A stretch of DNA of 64,000 nt from NCBI GenBank assembly GCA_037447605.1, contig CM074813.1, positions 3,038,001 through 3,102,000 on the forward strand, given 5' to 3'. Both the position numbers and the translations under genes were made by a program. Position 1 is the first letter of the stretch. Each line of letters begins with the position of its first letter. Below the pieces are notes generated by a model. It was not told where the DNA came from. It made no database searches and saw only the letters and a program-made list of their open reading frames with translations. The stretch comes from Zygnema circumcarinatum SAG 698-1b. Lineage: Eukaryota > Plantae > Zygnematophyceae. Of the stretch, positions 36,081 through 49,100 are shown one piece after another.

Positions 36081-38568
36081 TTAACGCAGCGACAAGCGGC
36101 TGATGGAATACATATTGAGAGCCATGGCGGCAGCTGCTTCCGGAGGGGGATGGTCGAACCGGCATTCGGCTCCATAGCCGCAAAATCCCGTCTGCACAAT
36201 TATACAGGCGATATTAGTTCCAAGTCGGTCTGTTGGACATTCGTTTGACTGAGATGGACCACACTGCTACACGAATCTTCCAACGCAATCGCATAAAGTC
36301 AATTTGATATCTAGACATCAACAATACAGATGCAGCTCTCTTTCCATCTCCCTCTCTGCCTTTCCTACTCCCTCTCCACTGTGTCAACCCCCTTCTCTTA
36401 CTGTTGACATACCTTCATGTAGAATCGGCAAACCATCTCGCCCTGCACATGCCATCTCAAAACCCCTTCCTGATCCTTTAGATAGTCAGCAAGCAAACAA
36501 CTTCAACGAATTCTCTCACGGATATCAGACGAGCCTCAAAAACTGCCGTTGAGTCCTCTGGAGCAGTCCAGAAAGTGCAGACAAGGTGTCCCAGATCTGA
36601 AAAGAGCTCACAAGAATGCAACGTGTTTCTACGCATCCACTTCCAAAAATCAAGAAAATATTGCGGACCTCTCTGCGGGGGTATCCGGCATGTGTGAGAG
36701 TGACAGGAGGAGGGGCTGGACGGCTCTCTCTCTTGCGAGGGGGTTGATGGCTGGTAGGCTTTGATGGACGAATACCCTGCAAAAAACAGGCCGTTCTCAT
36801 AAACTGGCCAGCATGGCTCCTAAGTAGCCAGCAGACACTGAAAAGGTCCAGCAGAAACAAACGGATAGTAGGTACATGAGCAGAAATGATCGCATCGATT
36901 CAGGGAAACTCACATGTGATCGGCCATAGGAAGACTGCGAGCTGATGCTACCGCTTGGACCTGGCCACAGTCATGGTAGCGTCGGTTAGGTTTTGACGGT
37001 GTATCCTGTGTCGTAACTAAATAAGACATTGCAGGATTCTGTTTTCCAGAAGAAGGTAGAATGAACACTCGATGATATGTTGAAAGGAGCAAGGGCCCTT
37101 ACTGAGCTGCGCCATTTCCGGATGGTTGAACTTGCAAGATGCGCCGTAGTCACAGCTGTAGAGACACGCCATAATAAACCATAGCAGGCTTCTGTTTAGA
37201 TGTTGGAAAATCCTCAAGCTTGAAACTAATCACAGAAAGAAGCAGGCAGACAAGACTTTGAGTGTGCATTCTCTTAAGTCTGCTATAGCCTTCGTGTTCA
37301 ACTGTTACTAGATTGGTAAAACGCATCTGATATACAAAGCCGTACCGCACACCTATGATGTAAACAAACATTCTACTGTGAAGACGCCAGGTGACAAACA
37401 TCCTTTCCGTTCCCTATACCTTCCCTATCTGCCTTTCCGTGTCTTTCCCTCTAGTCCTCCCCCTCCTTGCCTACGAGTTCCCATGTGAATCCATCAGGCG
37501 ATGCATAGAATACACGAAGGAAGATGCAAATTTGACTTCCACCAAACACAAGCAACAAAAACAGGAAATGAAGCAATTTTCTTCGGAATGAGCGTCGTTT
37601 TGCAGTATCTGGCATTGCAACCAACAAAAAAATCGACAGTTTCACTGCTGGACCAGCTCTCACTCACACATCTCGCACTCCTAAAGGGTCATCCATGCAT
37701 GCCGCTTGCTTAGCATACATGTATCCCATATTCATGCATACATATACGTATCACTATTTTCGACTGCTTTCACCATTCCGTAACTCAAGGGAACAGAAGA
37801 AAAAATCAGTCCCGACAGTTGGCATTGAACCACCTCAAACACACAATGCTGCTTCCAGATACAAACAAACAAAACAGAAGCTCTTGATTTTTTTTGCATT
37901 CGAACAAACTGACTACACAAATCAGAACACTCTAACGCAGCAGACTGGCCCTTATGAATAATTATAGTGCTTGGAGGGCACCCGGTGTCCTTTCAAACAA
38001 ATGGCAGGTATTGGACAGCTGTCGCGCAATAATTGCTTCGAAAAAATCATTTGTATTCCTCTTGACCTTCCTTCTAAAGGTAGCGATTTGCAGAAAGCAC
38101 TGCAATTGTCACAACTGTGAAATGTCTTACCATCCAGTTCTCATGTAGTACTTGCAATCAATCTCCTCCTGCTCAGAAAACAAAAAGCAGAAACTTTTCA
38201 GCCACAGTAACATGCAAAAGCAAGCCTTTTCCCAAGCTGAATGCCCTTGCCAAAACGGCGTGCCCTTTCCAATCTGATTCACTACAACAGCTTCTCTACA
38301 AACATGCACTTACTGGACGTATTGGAAGCCCTTTTGCATTGAACGTAGATGGCAGCCTCTCGCCTCTTGGTAGCAACACAGCAGCCTCCCTCTCATACTC
38401 GTCAAACAATACGACGTTAGCCACAGAGAGAGCCACATCCTGCGCATCCTGAGCTTCCTGGAAGTTAGCAAGAGCGCTTTGACGGCTTGCTTTCAAGTAA
38501 AGGTGCAGCAGAAGCTCCTCTTCCGAGAAGCCGCAGTGGCCGAGGCCCGGCAGCCGCAGAGGGTCCAT
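36081..38568 (-). CDS. Short HUA1-like paralogue with two CCCH fingers
   Basis: Exons: MDPLRL...FNAKGLPIRP | EEIDCKYYMRTG | CCDYGASCKFNHPEM | ... | VTLTHAGYPRRE | GEMVCRFYMK | TGFCGYGAECRFDHPPPEAAAAMAL...R-stop. The middle exon (~36910-37040) and the exact 3' end are uncertain. Confidence 0.72.
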
Positions 38569-39555
38569 GGTTGCAAGGGCGAGAGCGGCGCCTGCTCGCT
38601 CGCTCGGAAGACTTGACAGGAGGGCGCGGCCTTTAGAGGGGCGAGCCGCCCGCCTTGCAACTGCGAACCAGGGGCGCTCCAAATATTAGATTGGACAGCG
38701 ACGGGTGACCCGCAGGTGTGAACACGCCGGACTTGACAAGACGTCGGGCCGAGGACTCGAATTGGAATTTGTTTTCGGGAGGAAAAGTTTCCCGGGCAGG
38801 CAGGGCTGCGGCAGTTGGGACCGTGGTGACAAGCGAATTTCCGAAGGGATGAAAAGTTCCTTTTTGGGCGTGCCCGCGACAGTTCCTCTTTTTTTTTTTT
38901 CTGTATCTTGGTTTGTGATTTCTGGTTGGACCGTTGATGGGCGTGCGGCGGATTTTCGCGCATCCTGGCCGTCCAAAAGGTCGCTAGCCGGGCAGCTAAA
39001 ACTTTGAATAGCTAGCCTTTAACCAATGAGAAGCCTCCACGCTCGAACGGACAAACCGGCTGTCACCGACCGTTCATGTGCGGCCTCGCCACATCAGCGC
39101 CTCAAACTTGGTTTTTCCTAAAAAACTAATACTTTACAAAAAAAAAATCACTTCAAAGGACGAACACAATTGAGCTTTGCTTCAAACTGGACCCGCCGAC
39201 ACCTATAATTTTTTTTTTGCGTCATCCATGTGAATCTAAATTCGGCAAAAATCTGTCGCATCTGCTGCCTCCCACATGGCGGGAGCGAATCGCAGCCGTC
39301 CGTAGCGAGCACGCGACCAAAACCCTAGAAACCATCGGTTTGCCGGAAAAAACCGGCGGATGAGTCCACGAAAAATCAGCTAAAAAGTAGCCAAAATTCA
39401 ATGCAACGGACAAGCCCCGCAAAACCCGCCGCAATTCTTGGGGCGCTGGCGCCTCCGCCTGCCGCCACGCGTCCAGCCTCCCAAAAAGCGGGAACTTTTC
39501 CTCGCAGATTCTTCCACGTGGCGCACGCTCGGCCTCCACCCTCGTTTGTACAGTT

Positions 39556-39981
39556 TTGGCTGCGGGCGGACGCACGCGCTATTCGTACGGTACCGTACGC
39601 CCGGGCTCCACGCGGCCGGCAGCGGGCGGACGGGCACGCGCGGGCAGGCGGCAGGCGGCGGCGGCAGGCGGCGGCGGCAATTATGAGGGGGCGGTGAGAG
39701 CTATGGCCGGCCATGGCTGGGGGGGGAGGGATGATGGCCATGGCGGCGGGGGGGGGGGGGAAGGGATGATGGCCATGGCGGGGGGGGGAGGGATGATGGC
39801 CATGGAGGGGGGAGGAGGGATGATGGTCATGGGGGCGGGGGGAGGGATGATGGCCATGGAGGGGGGAGGAGGGATGATGGTCATGGGGGGGGGGGCGGAT
39901 GATGGCCATGGGGGGCACATGCGCAGCCCGTTCTGTTGGCAGTGTCGTAATACTGGACATCACAGCAGGACTGACTACTGA
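39556..39981 (+). other. Gly/His/Asp-repeat ORF ending in a degenerate zinc knuckle (small gene or gag remnant)
   Basis: Seven 24-36-bp units of AGGGATGATGG(C/T)CATGG... followed by CWQCRNTGHHSRTD. Confidence 0.4.
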
Positions 39982-40428
39982 AATCGTGGTAACTAAACGA
40001 CAAATTGCTAGCCACTGATTCAGTGGGAGAGGAATTGCCAGCCATTGATTAAATCAGATAACGACTTTTTTACGAGAGAGAGGGCGGGAGGAAGTAACGA
40101 CGAGCATTTCCATGCACTCGAAAGCATCGCTTGTGTACCGCAATTTTAACACTAATTTCCACTGATGAAGTTAACGAAGGCAAGACAACGAACTCACGCA
40201 AAAAGTAAAAAAGCAAATATCTTCCTTTCTTCTTTTTCGAATTAAAGGGAAAGGAAATACAGGGAGAGCTCAATCCTAAAACGTAAAAGAACGGGAAAAA
40301 TAAGCTATTCTCAATGTGCCTACAATAATAGCACAATAAATTCTGCCAAAGCTGGGCATCGTTGCTTTAACTGCTCAGAACACCGTTCAGTTGGAACTTT
40401 TCTGGGCGTTCTATGTGCGTTATCTCAG

Positions 40429-43400
40429 CTAGTCCGACCCTTCTATGTATGCAATGGCCTGCTTGCAAATGCCGGTCATGCTCGCTTCAGGTCCAAACAC
40501 CTGCATAGGCACAACCGCAAATGATGCACATGTCAAATCTGCACAATAGGAACTGTATACTTTTCTGCCTTCACCAAAAAAACAGGCGACACAGTGCAAG
40601 TGCAACCACATGTACAACACTGACGTTTGTCAAGAAGCACAGCATGACAAGGAGATCCCTACGCTCCAACCGCCCCCTCCCACTCACCTCAATAGGAACA
40701 CCAATCTCTGAGCTCAGAGCGCGCATGTTCGCCAGCGCCTTCTGGTAGTTAGGTCCGCCTCTCCTCACAAAGAGACGCATCTGTGCATCCTTCAGTTTGG
40801 CCTCCTGCAGTCCCCAAGTAGTTGCTCAGTTGGCCATTCATCTTAACAGGCAAAACTGTGACAGACTGAGACTACAAGGTAAAAGGTAAGTAAAAAAAAA
40901 TTGAGTGGCCTCACCTTCTCTCTGAGAGCCCTGATGATGCCGTTGAAGGTGGCAGCCACGTCAGTGAAGTTGGCAATGCCACCCCCAACAAGAAGGGCAG
41001 TCCGCCTGCCAGTGCCTGCCGCTGTAGCACACTGCGCTTCCCCGGGCCACGTGGAGAGAGACGGTGAGAGAGGGAGAGACGATGGAGAGCAGCAGATGGG
41101 AAAGAGGTTAAGGCACAGTGGAGAAAGGAGCGAGATAGGGAGAGGAAGAAAGAGAGACAGGGAAGGAGAGGCAGATGTACGGATCAGTGAAGCAGAAGCA
41201 GAATGAGAGTGGAAAGGAAGTGTAGGGTGAGCTTAAGATTGAAGGGAGAAGGAAGGGCACAAAGATGGAGGGAGACGGGGAAGAAAAGGAAACGAGAAGA
41301 TTAAAGAGAAGAACGGCAGAGAGGTGGTTTTCCTTACATCAATAAGAGTCCGTGCGTATTGAAGAGTCTCCTCCTCATTCGGTGCACCACTGTATTCAGC
41401 ATAATTTCCGAGCTCATGTGCATATCCCAAATCGCCAACCTGCAGAAGAGAGAGCGAAGGTAAGGAAGAAGAAAGGGAATAGGAAAGACGGAAGATAGCA
41501 GGAAACGGCAACTGGCCGAGTGAGAAAAGAGAAAGGTGCGTCAGATTACGGTGTCAGCATAAATAACGGATGCTCCTCCTCCCGCCACCATCGTCCAAAT
41601 CCGTCCCTTCGGATTTAAAATAGTCAGCTTTAAAGAAGCTCCAGTCTGAACTCTCCAAAACCCCAACTTCTGGAGGTAAGCATTCAATTTTAAACCTCAA
41701 GTAGCACATTCAGGGGGACGTGGCGAAAAAACTGGGGCGCAGGAGAGCAGAAGAAAGTGGGAGCAGAGGAACGAAAGGTAAGTGATGGTGGACGAGCGGT
41801 AGAGGGATGAAAGGGGCCCCAAATATAACGGATCAAAACTGGACATAACAGAATAGAACGGAACGGATCACACCAAGACGGTGAACATAAATGACATTCA
41901 TGGACCACCTTCTCATCCATATGATGAATGTGCTCCTCCGCAGGACTCATGGTGCGCCCAAAAGGCTGAGGGAACTCCACTCCTCCCCAGCTGAGCAATT
42001 CACCCGATAGAACAAGTAGCAATTAGCATACAGATGGGGACAATCAAACAACAGGGACTACTAATCAACTACTATAGATGATACCTCGTATATTGAGGGT
42101 TTTTCTGCACACTTACTTCAATATTGGGGGATGAGGAGGGGAGGGAGGGAGGGAAAGAGGCAGTCAGAGGAGTTATGAATGAGTGCGACGCACGTGTTGA
42201 TGTTTTTGAAAGCTGCTGTGTCATCCAGTTCTCCGCGCATGTCGAGAGGGTACGGCTCCCCATTCACAAGTGTGAATGGGTTCATCTCCAGAAAAGTAAA
42301 ATCAAGAGCTGCAAGGATTGTCGCAAACCATCCTTCCTAAAACTCTTAAACCACTGTATAATCTCCCTCTCTCTCTCCCTGTGCCGCTCTCCCGCCCCCT
42401 CTCTCTCACACACATTGGATAAGCGAATTTCACAGTCTCAAGCTCACCATGTAGCACCCGCAAGATTGGCACAAAACTGAACTCTACCTGTGAACACAGT
42501 GAATACTGACTTGAGGAAGCTCTCCATGGTGGGACGAACCTGCACACCAGACTCTGGTATTGAATACACCTCTCTGTACCATTGAAGGAGTTACCTTAAG
42601 GATAGATGCTTGACATATGCCCAACTTACAGGTACAGGTTACTGATGAGTCATAACAAAAAAGGTTTCTATCGAAACACCAAAAACTTGCATCAACTTCA
42701 ACTTTAAGCCTTTGGCATCAACTTTAAGACTTTGAAGTAAAAAGATTGCGATAGATAATAGGCAATATACAATAGGCTACCCTTACTGAAAGTAGCTCGT
42801 AAGGATTTTTTTCAATCACCTCAGCACCCCTGCCGTGGGTTTGAACATAGAAGAAGAGACCTTACCTCCAGAGGGAGAGTTGCGATAAGAGGTGCACAAA
42901 GCTCAGATGTGAGGCTGCTCTCAGTTGGAATGAACATAGTCTTGACCTGCAAAATGTATGTGCTCAAGCGGACAAACACTTCAGTCATCATTTAGTGGAA
43001 AGAAAGAGATTTCCTTTTTTTGTTTAAACAATTTTAAGAAGTAACTGAATTAAAAAGAAAAGGAGACAGCTAGACCTCAACTGCAATTGAGACATTTACC
43101 TTATCCCAGTTCTCTTCAATGTCGATTCCGCCACATTCTGAAAAACTGAGATCGCAGCCCAGACGATTCGAGACGATGGAGAGGTAATATTCCACGTCAT
43201 GGGGTACAAATGGCTCCACAATGAAGGTGGTGATGGGTCCCGTGCAACCGCTCATCTCCACCTGTCACACACAAATTGGTGAACAATTGAGAGTCTGTCT
43301 GGTTACTGGCATTTTTGCGACGCCTCTCCCTCTCTCTCTCTCCTGTCCTCTCTCGGATATTGCCCCCCCACCCCTCCCTCCCCCCTCCTCCTCCCATTCC

Positions 43401-44688
43401 GCACACTTCTTATCCTCTTTTTCTAGCACTCTCGAGTTTCAAACTGATACATCACTTTCTCTATCGCTCGTCATGTGAGGAAACTGAACCATTCTTGAAA
43501 TGTATGGGACATTGATGATTTTATGTATTCGGGCACATGTGTGAGGGCTGAACAAATCAATGTGATAAAGAAGCAAATGACAAACTGGACAATACTCGCA
43601 GATTGTATCCATCAGCATAAAAAATGGCGTCACAATGCTTCTTACTCTACGCCGTGTCAAGGGAATATTCACGTAAAATACACGAAAGCAAGATCCTCAC
43701 TTCTTTCCCAAGGCGTTCCTTAACGAAAGACTCCACGCCCGCCAAGTCAAGATTTAAGGCAACCTGCACTAGGATTAGTAAAATGTTAATACACATCAGA
43801 GGACTCTCCTGGTTCGAAAAGTGGTTTAACTTGCTGCATCGCGTGTACTAAGTACATGGTCTACTTCCATCTGAGTGTTCAACACTTTTGTTGGCAAAGA
43901 AATTCACAGCAATGAACAATTTGGACTCACCAGACCACTCTTGCCTCGCTTTCCAAATAGCATGTCCGGCTTCACTACCAGACGAGTTGAGTTGAGCCAC
44001 GGCTCCTTGTCTGCAAGCTCATTGAAGTCCGTCTCTTGAGTCACCTGAAATAAAAATCAATACGAAAAGACAAAATGCATCTACCGTTGTGTGAGCATTG
44101 CGACACTAGCTGGAAGAATATGCTTTAAAGGGGCATGATGCAGGAGCAGACTGGTCGCGGTCAGAAAGATCGGGAGTTTTGACTGTTCGTTGCTTCTCAC
44201 CACAATGATGTTTGTGTAATCTGCTACAATTGCCTAATCTTTTTCTTCTCGCCGACCTCTCTTTACACTGCTTGGTTTACACTGGAAGAGCTAAATCGGC
44301 CCTATAGACTTAACTCTATTGATTTGATAGAAAATCAATACGCACTTTACAATCAAACATCCCTAGAGTCACCATTGAACAGACACGAAAATGACCTAGC
44401 CAACTCTACACCTCAAAACCAGCATTCCAAAAGGACAAAAAAAAAACTCACCAAAGCTCATAGCTCTAAAAAAATCAACTATCTTAGCATCTTCCTGCCC
44501 TGGTGCAAATCTCTGGCTCCCTATTCTTTCCATTCTAGTTTCAGTATAGATGTGTTCAAACATATTTGAGCAACGAGAAGAAAACAGACCTGCGCTGAAT
44601 TCATGGGAAGGTCAACATTCGCGAGCTTCTTAATGTGCTGCTTCAAAATGGCCTTGGAATTGAATTCGCGGATCTTTTTCCGGGCCAT
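40429..44688 (-). CDS. ACLA: ATP-citrate lyase subunit A (alpha chain)
   Basis: [12 protein letters not shown]...[18 protein letters not shown]...[15 protein letters not shown]...[11 protein letters not shown]...[11 protein letters not shown]...[12 protein letters not shown]...[34 protein letters not shown]...[14 protein letters not shown]...VRRGGPNYQ...[17 protein letters not shown] probable 5' UTR intron lies at ~44719-45099. Confidence 0.97.
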
Positions 44689-46130
44689 TCTGACAATTTA
44701 ATTCAACCTTTCCTCCTGATCCACCACATAGGGACAAATATCAATACTACACAAAATATACAATAAGATTTCAGACATGGAAATACTGAGAGTGGATAAG
44801 ATAAAGGAAGCTTGAGAGGATAGAGGATCTCCTCGATTTATCTCCCAAATCTGTCATTCCTTCTCCGCATTTCCAGGTCCATTTCCCTCCCTTAATCTCT
44901 TAACTCTCTCGATCCCTCCCTCGTCTATTTTCCTCCCTCTCACACTCTCCCCCTCTCCCTCCCTACCTCCCTCCCATCTGTCCTCGCATCACATTTCGCA
45001 CAAAAACCCACTCCACCCCCGTAACTCAGCCATCCTCCACTATCGGTCGCTGCCATTCCTCTTCCCATTGTTCTTTGATATTCAGACCACTTTACTCACC
45101 TGCGCGTCAGATCCCTTCCCCCGTATGGCGTCCAAACTAGGCTTCAGCTTCTACTTCTCTAAAGTCGACTTCGGCTTATTACTTCGGCCTTCAAGCAGCA
45201 GCACTGCACAGGTGTAGATGAGAGAGAGCGAAGATAGAGAGAGAGAAGGGCACCCCCACACGGCAGTCTGGGGCCAAGTAGGTATTGTTGTCATCTTCCA
45301 ATCAAGAATCGCCACGTGGCGGAACACTCACGTGTGCTTGCAGCACCGTACGTCGTACGAACGACTGAAGTCACGTAACGGCTCGCAGTCGCCGACTAGG
45401 GCGAACGTCAAACTGCGCTTCGGAGAAATGTTTCAGAATGCTTACTCCCACGCGCGATTTGACTATGCGATTCGCAGGATCACATGTACTTCTTTTGAAC
45501 TGTAGTGCTTAAGGGAAAATCGTCGCAGATGGCCATGCGCTGCAGTGGCTGTCGGTTGTTGGGAGGGCCGCCAGGGAGAGATGTCAGCTGTCACGCGTCA
45601 CATGCGCGCTTGCGCTGTCGAGCGTTGAAAAAGCCTTCGCACATGTGCCTTGTAATTTACTGGATCTTTCGGCCATGTGCACAGTCTCAGAGTCTGTACG
45701 GTCGATGTCGCTTTGTACCCAAACACCCAAATGGAAAATAATACTGTATGTTGAGCCTTACCCCATTTGTACCCGAATGACCCGCTCAGGCATTTCCTGG
45801 ACCGTACGGACCCCTGCAACCGGGCATGAATGTCCGGCGGTCGGTCTGCAGAGCAACCGTTTGTATCAAAGCGGCCGGGGTGTGTTTTTGCGTTGATCCC
45901 GATTATTATGGGCCGGCCGGCAGAAACGTTGGTTGAGCGACGAGTTGTTTGACTGGCTGACTGCAAGCTACCTCTAAATAAAACAATGAGAGAAAGGCAA
46001 TTAATGCTGCTGCGCTCCCGCATGCTGATGTTGGATGGACGGGCTGTTGTTCTTTTGCTGGAATGCGAATGAATCGTGTAGGTGATGTGGACTCTGGAAG
46101 TGCTGCAGCTTCGGATATAGAGGCACAGGA

Positions 46131-49100
46131 ATGAACGCCTATTTTGTGCTGGATTGCAGCCTTGACAGGGTGGCGCTGAATGCAGTCAAGGAAGTACGGA
46201 TGCAAACTGCTTCCCGCAATCGAACAGTCAGTCTCTTTTTGAAGCATCGCATGATTAAAGCCAGCACTCCCTGTGGCAGCACACCTGCGTGCATGCATGG
46301 CTTCAGGGTGCTAGAGAGCGATTACTTTCCCGATTATTAATGTGTGCAGTGTTTAAAATATCTTCAGTCGCATCAAGCTTTTCCGAGTGTTGTCGAGCGG
46401 TTAGTTCAGATACATTACTTCCGAATGGCTCACAGTATTTTTCAGCTGATTACAATCATGACAGGGGCTTGCGCGGCTTGGAAATCTACTTGCACTCAAA
46501 GCGAGTCCCAAGAGATCCGGTGTGTCAGCGTGTTCCCTAGGTGTTTGCTGTGTGAAGCGAAATGCCATTTCAACTTGCCATGAAGTAAGTGCGCTCGACT
46601 CGCATGTTGTAGACTACTACTTTTGCTCATTTGATATTTCTGAAACGCTCTGCCTTCTCTTATGTGAAACATTGAGTGTCCCCCTTCTTCGTTTTTTTCT
46701 GTTTTAAGCAGTATCCGTACTTCATTGTGTTTCACTTCACCATACAAAATTTTCTGCCTGTTGCAGACGCAGGTCCTTAGAAAAGCTAATGGCCGCTTCA
46801 ACCTCCGAGAGTTCCACCAGGCATTGGCAGGAACAACAGAGATACTGATGTTGTCAAGCTCCTACTCTGGAAAAGACAAGGGGACCTTCTCAATCAGTAG
46901 GCAGAGTTAGTAACTGGCTCCAGCCTTCAAGCTACGCTGAACTATGACTTGTTTTCGCTCCCTACAAATTTCCGCAGTTTAAAGGCCGAGCATTGCTGAC
47001 ACATTACTCGTGCATTAGCCGAAGCACGAGCGCGCAAAAGAAGTTTAGCCAGACCCCGGCCTTTCTTATTCTTGTAGAAAATTAAGAAAAAGAAACCTTC
47101 TCGAAAAGAATATCGCCATTTGTGAAGTTTTGTAAATATCACCTTGGTCGCTTTAGTACTCGTCCTTGCTTTTGCCTCCGTTAACGATCTGTAGGACGCT
47201 TCACTAGTAGGATTCACCGGATTCAGCAATGTCAAGTCAATACTGGAGTGAGAAAAGCCTCGTTCTCAAAGATTTACATCGCTCTTTGTAGGGCATTGTT
47301 GATTTCAGACTTGAAATCTCATCTCCTCTTTATTGCTTACGGCATGCTAAGGTCGTCCTGTCATCGTAGACTCACCAGACTCGTGGTGTTGTGTTTTCGT
47401 TTGCAGTATCGAGTTTAGGTGTGCTCCTTCAATCGGATGATGCTCATTCACTGTGGGACCCGCATGCATCTGCAAAGAAAATTATCTTCATCGGCTGTGA
47501 ATTTTTAGAAAGCATCTCGACATACAGAGACACTTTGCTGGTTAGTCTGTGTATTTTCAAGGACACATGTCTGCGAAGGCCTGGTTTAGTCACTCTAGTT
47601 CCTGTTGAGTGTTCCTGTGTAGTGTGTTGGGATATTGAAACCGTCTATCTTTCTTTTCCTGTGTTGAATCTAGCTGCTGCATCCATTTTGGGGTGGACGA
47701 TATGTCCGATATGCAAGTTTTTCTGATGACTATTCGCTATCTTCCAGGAGGCCGCAAAGCAGAACATCTTTGTACAATTTGTCTGCTTAAATCGGATTCC
47801 CAATGCAAGCATTGCATCAAGTGACCTCACAGCTGCCCTCGACAAGAGTTCCATTGTACCAGAACTTTCTGCATTTCCAAATTGCAGTTACCAAAGTCTT
47901 CCATGTGGTATGTGACGAAGGGGCACATTATTGGTAGGCCAATTACGCAAATCTATCTGCGAACGGAGTGCTCCAATTATTCGCCTGCTGGATTGTATAA
48001 ATCCTTCACTGTGATGTTCATTGACCCTGAAATACGTCAATGAGATCCAATAGCGCGTGGTCATATGGCTGAACGCCTTTTGGTTTGTCCAGATCCGTGG
48101 CTCCTTGATCAGCTCGTCAAAGGATGGTTCCAAGAAGTTACACGCTACGGAGCACAACTTGAAGCTGTCCTGGAGTTCCCTCTGCCTTTATTCATAGATG
48201 CCAACTCCATTAAATGTCAGGTTCACCCACGGAAACTGCAGCTGACCAATACCATTATTGGCTGCGAGGTATCCATCTTCCAAACGATAATATACACGCC
48301 TAGATATGTTGTTTGACAAAATAGGATGTTATGAGTAGACTGGATGATTTTCTTGCTCTATTTTGACTATTTTCTGCATGCCAGATCTCAGAATTCAGAC
48401 ATGAGATCCGCTCAATGACTTGGGAAGGTTTTTGCCTATGTTCAGACTTGCAGATGTCATGGAGCCCCACTCGATGAGCAGGCTGACAAGCTCTCGGACG
48501 GGGCCCTTCCATTAACTTGTCCTGTTACGGGGCAAGACTTAGACATCTGGGATTGCCAGACCAATGGACTCAAGATTGGAGATGAGACTATCCTCTACCT
48601 ACCTTCTTTCAAGAATCCACCAAGAACTTCGGATCTGTCTATTAGGCCTCAGCCAGCAGTCATTAAAGTTTTGTCAAAAGTTAGCCTCACAAGCCTGAGT
48701 GAAGGTGAGAAAAAACGCGTTGGGGAGAGTGAGTGAATCAGCATATCTTAGGCTTCCTACAATAGGGTCAAAATGAAAGACTTTTTGGATGTTGTTTGGA
48801 AGGACGGATGTTACTTTTTAACTCTTATCTCTCCCTCAGTCGCCCAAAAAAGTCAAAGTCCATGCAATGCCGCTCTCCAATAAGATTATTGGTTTCAACT
48901 GCGACTGCAGACCTCCTTTTCGGGCTCCCTCACGTTTTGACACCTTTGTCAGAGCACCAAGAAAATTCTTCGCCGAAGGAGGACAGCACTACTCAAGGTA
49001 CCGCACGTCTCGTGTCACTGACCTTCTCAGACGCTTAAATCACCTGCTACTTTTCTTGAGCACTACACGCGAATGCTTGGTTGCTCAAGTAAACTGATAC

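Noticed and set aside
37800-37840. B-box-like GGTTCAATGCC followed by a T-run on the minus strand
   Set aside because: No cloverleaf or A-box, so it is too weak to call a tRNA or SINE.
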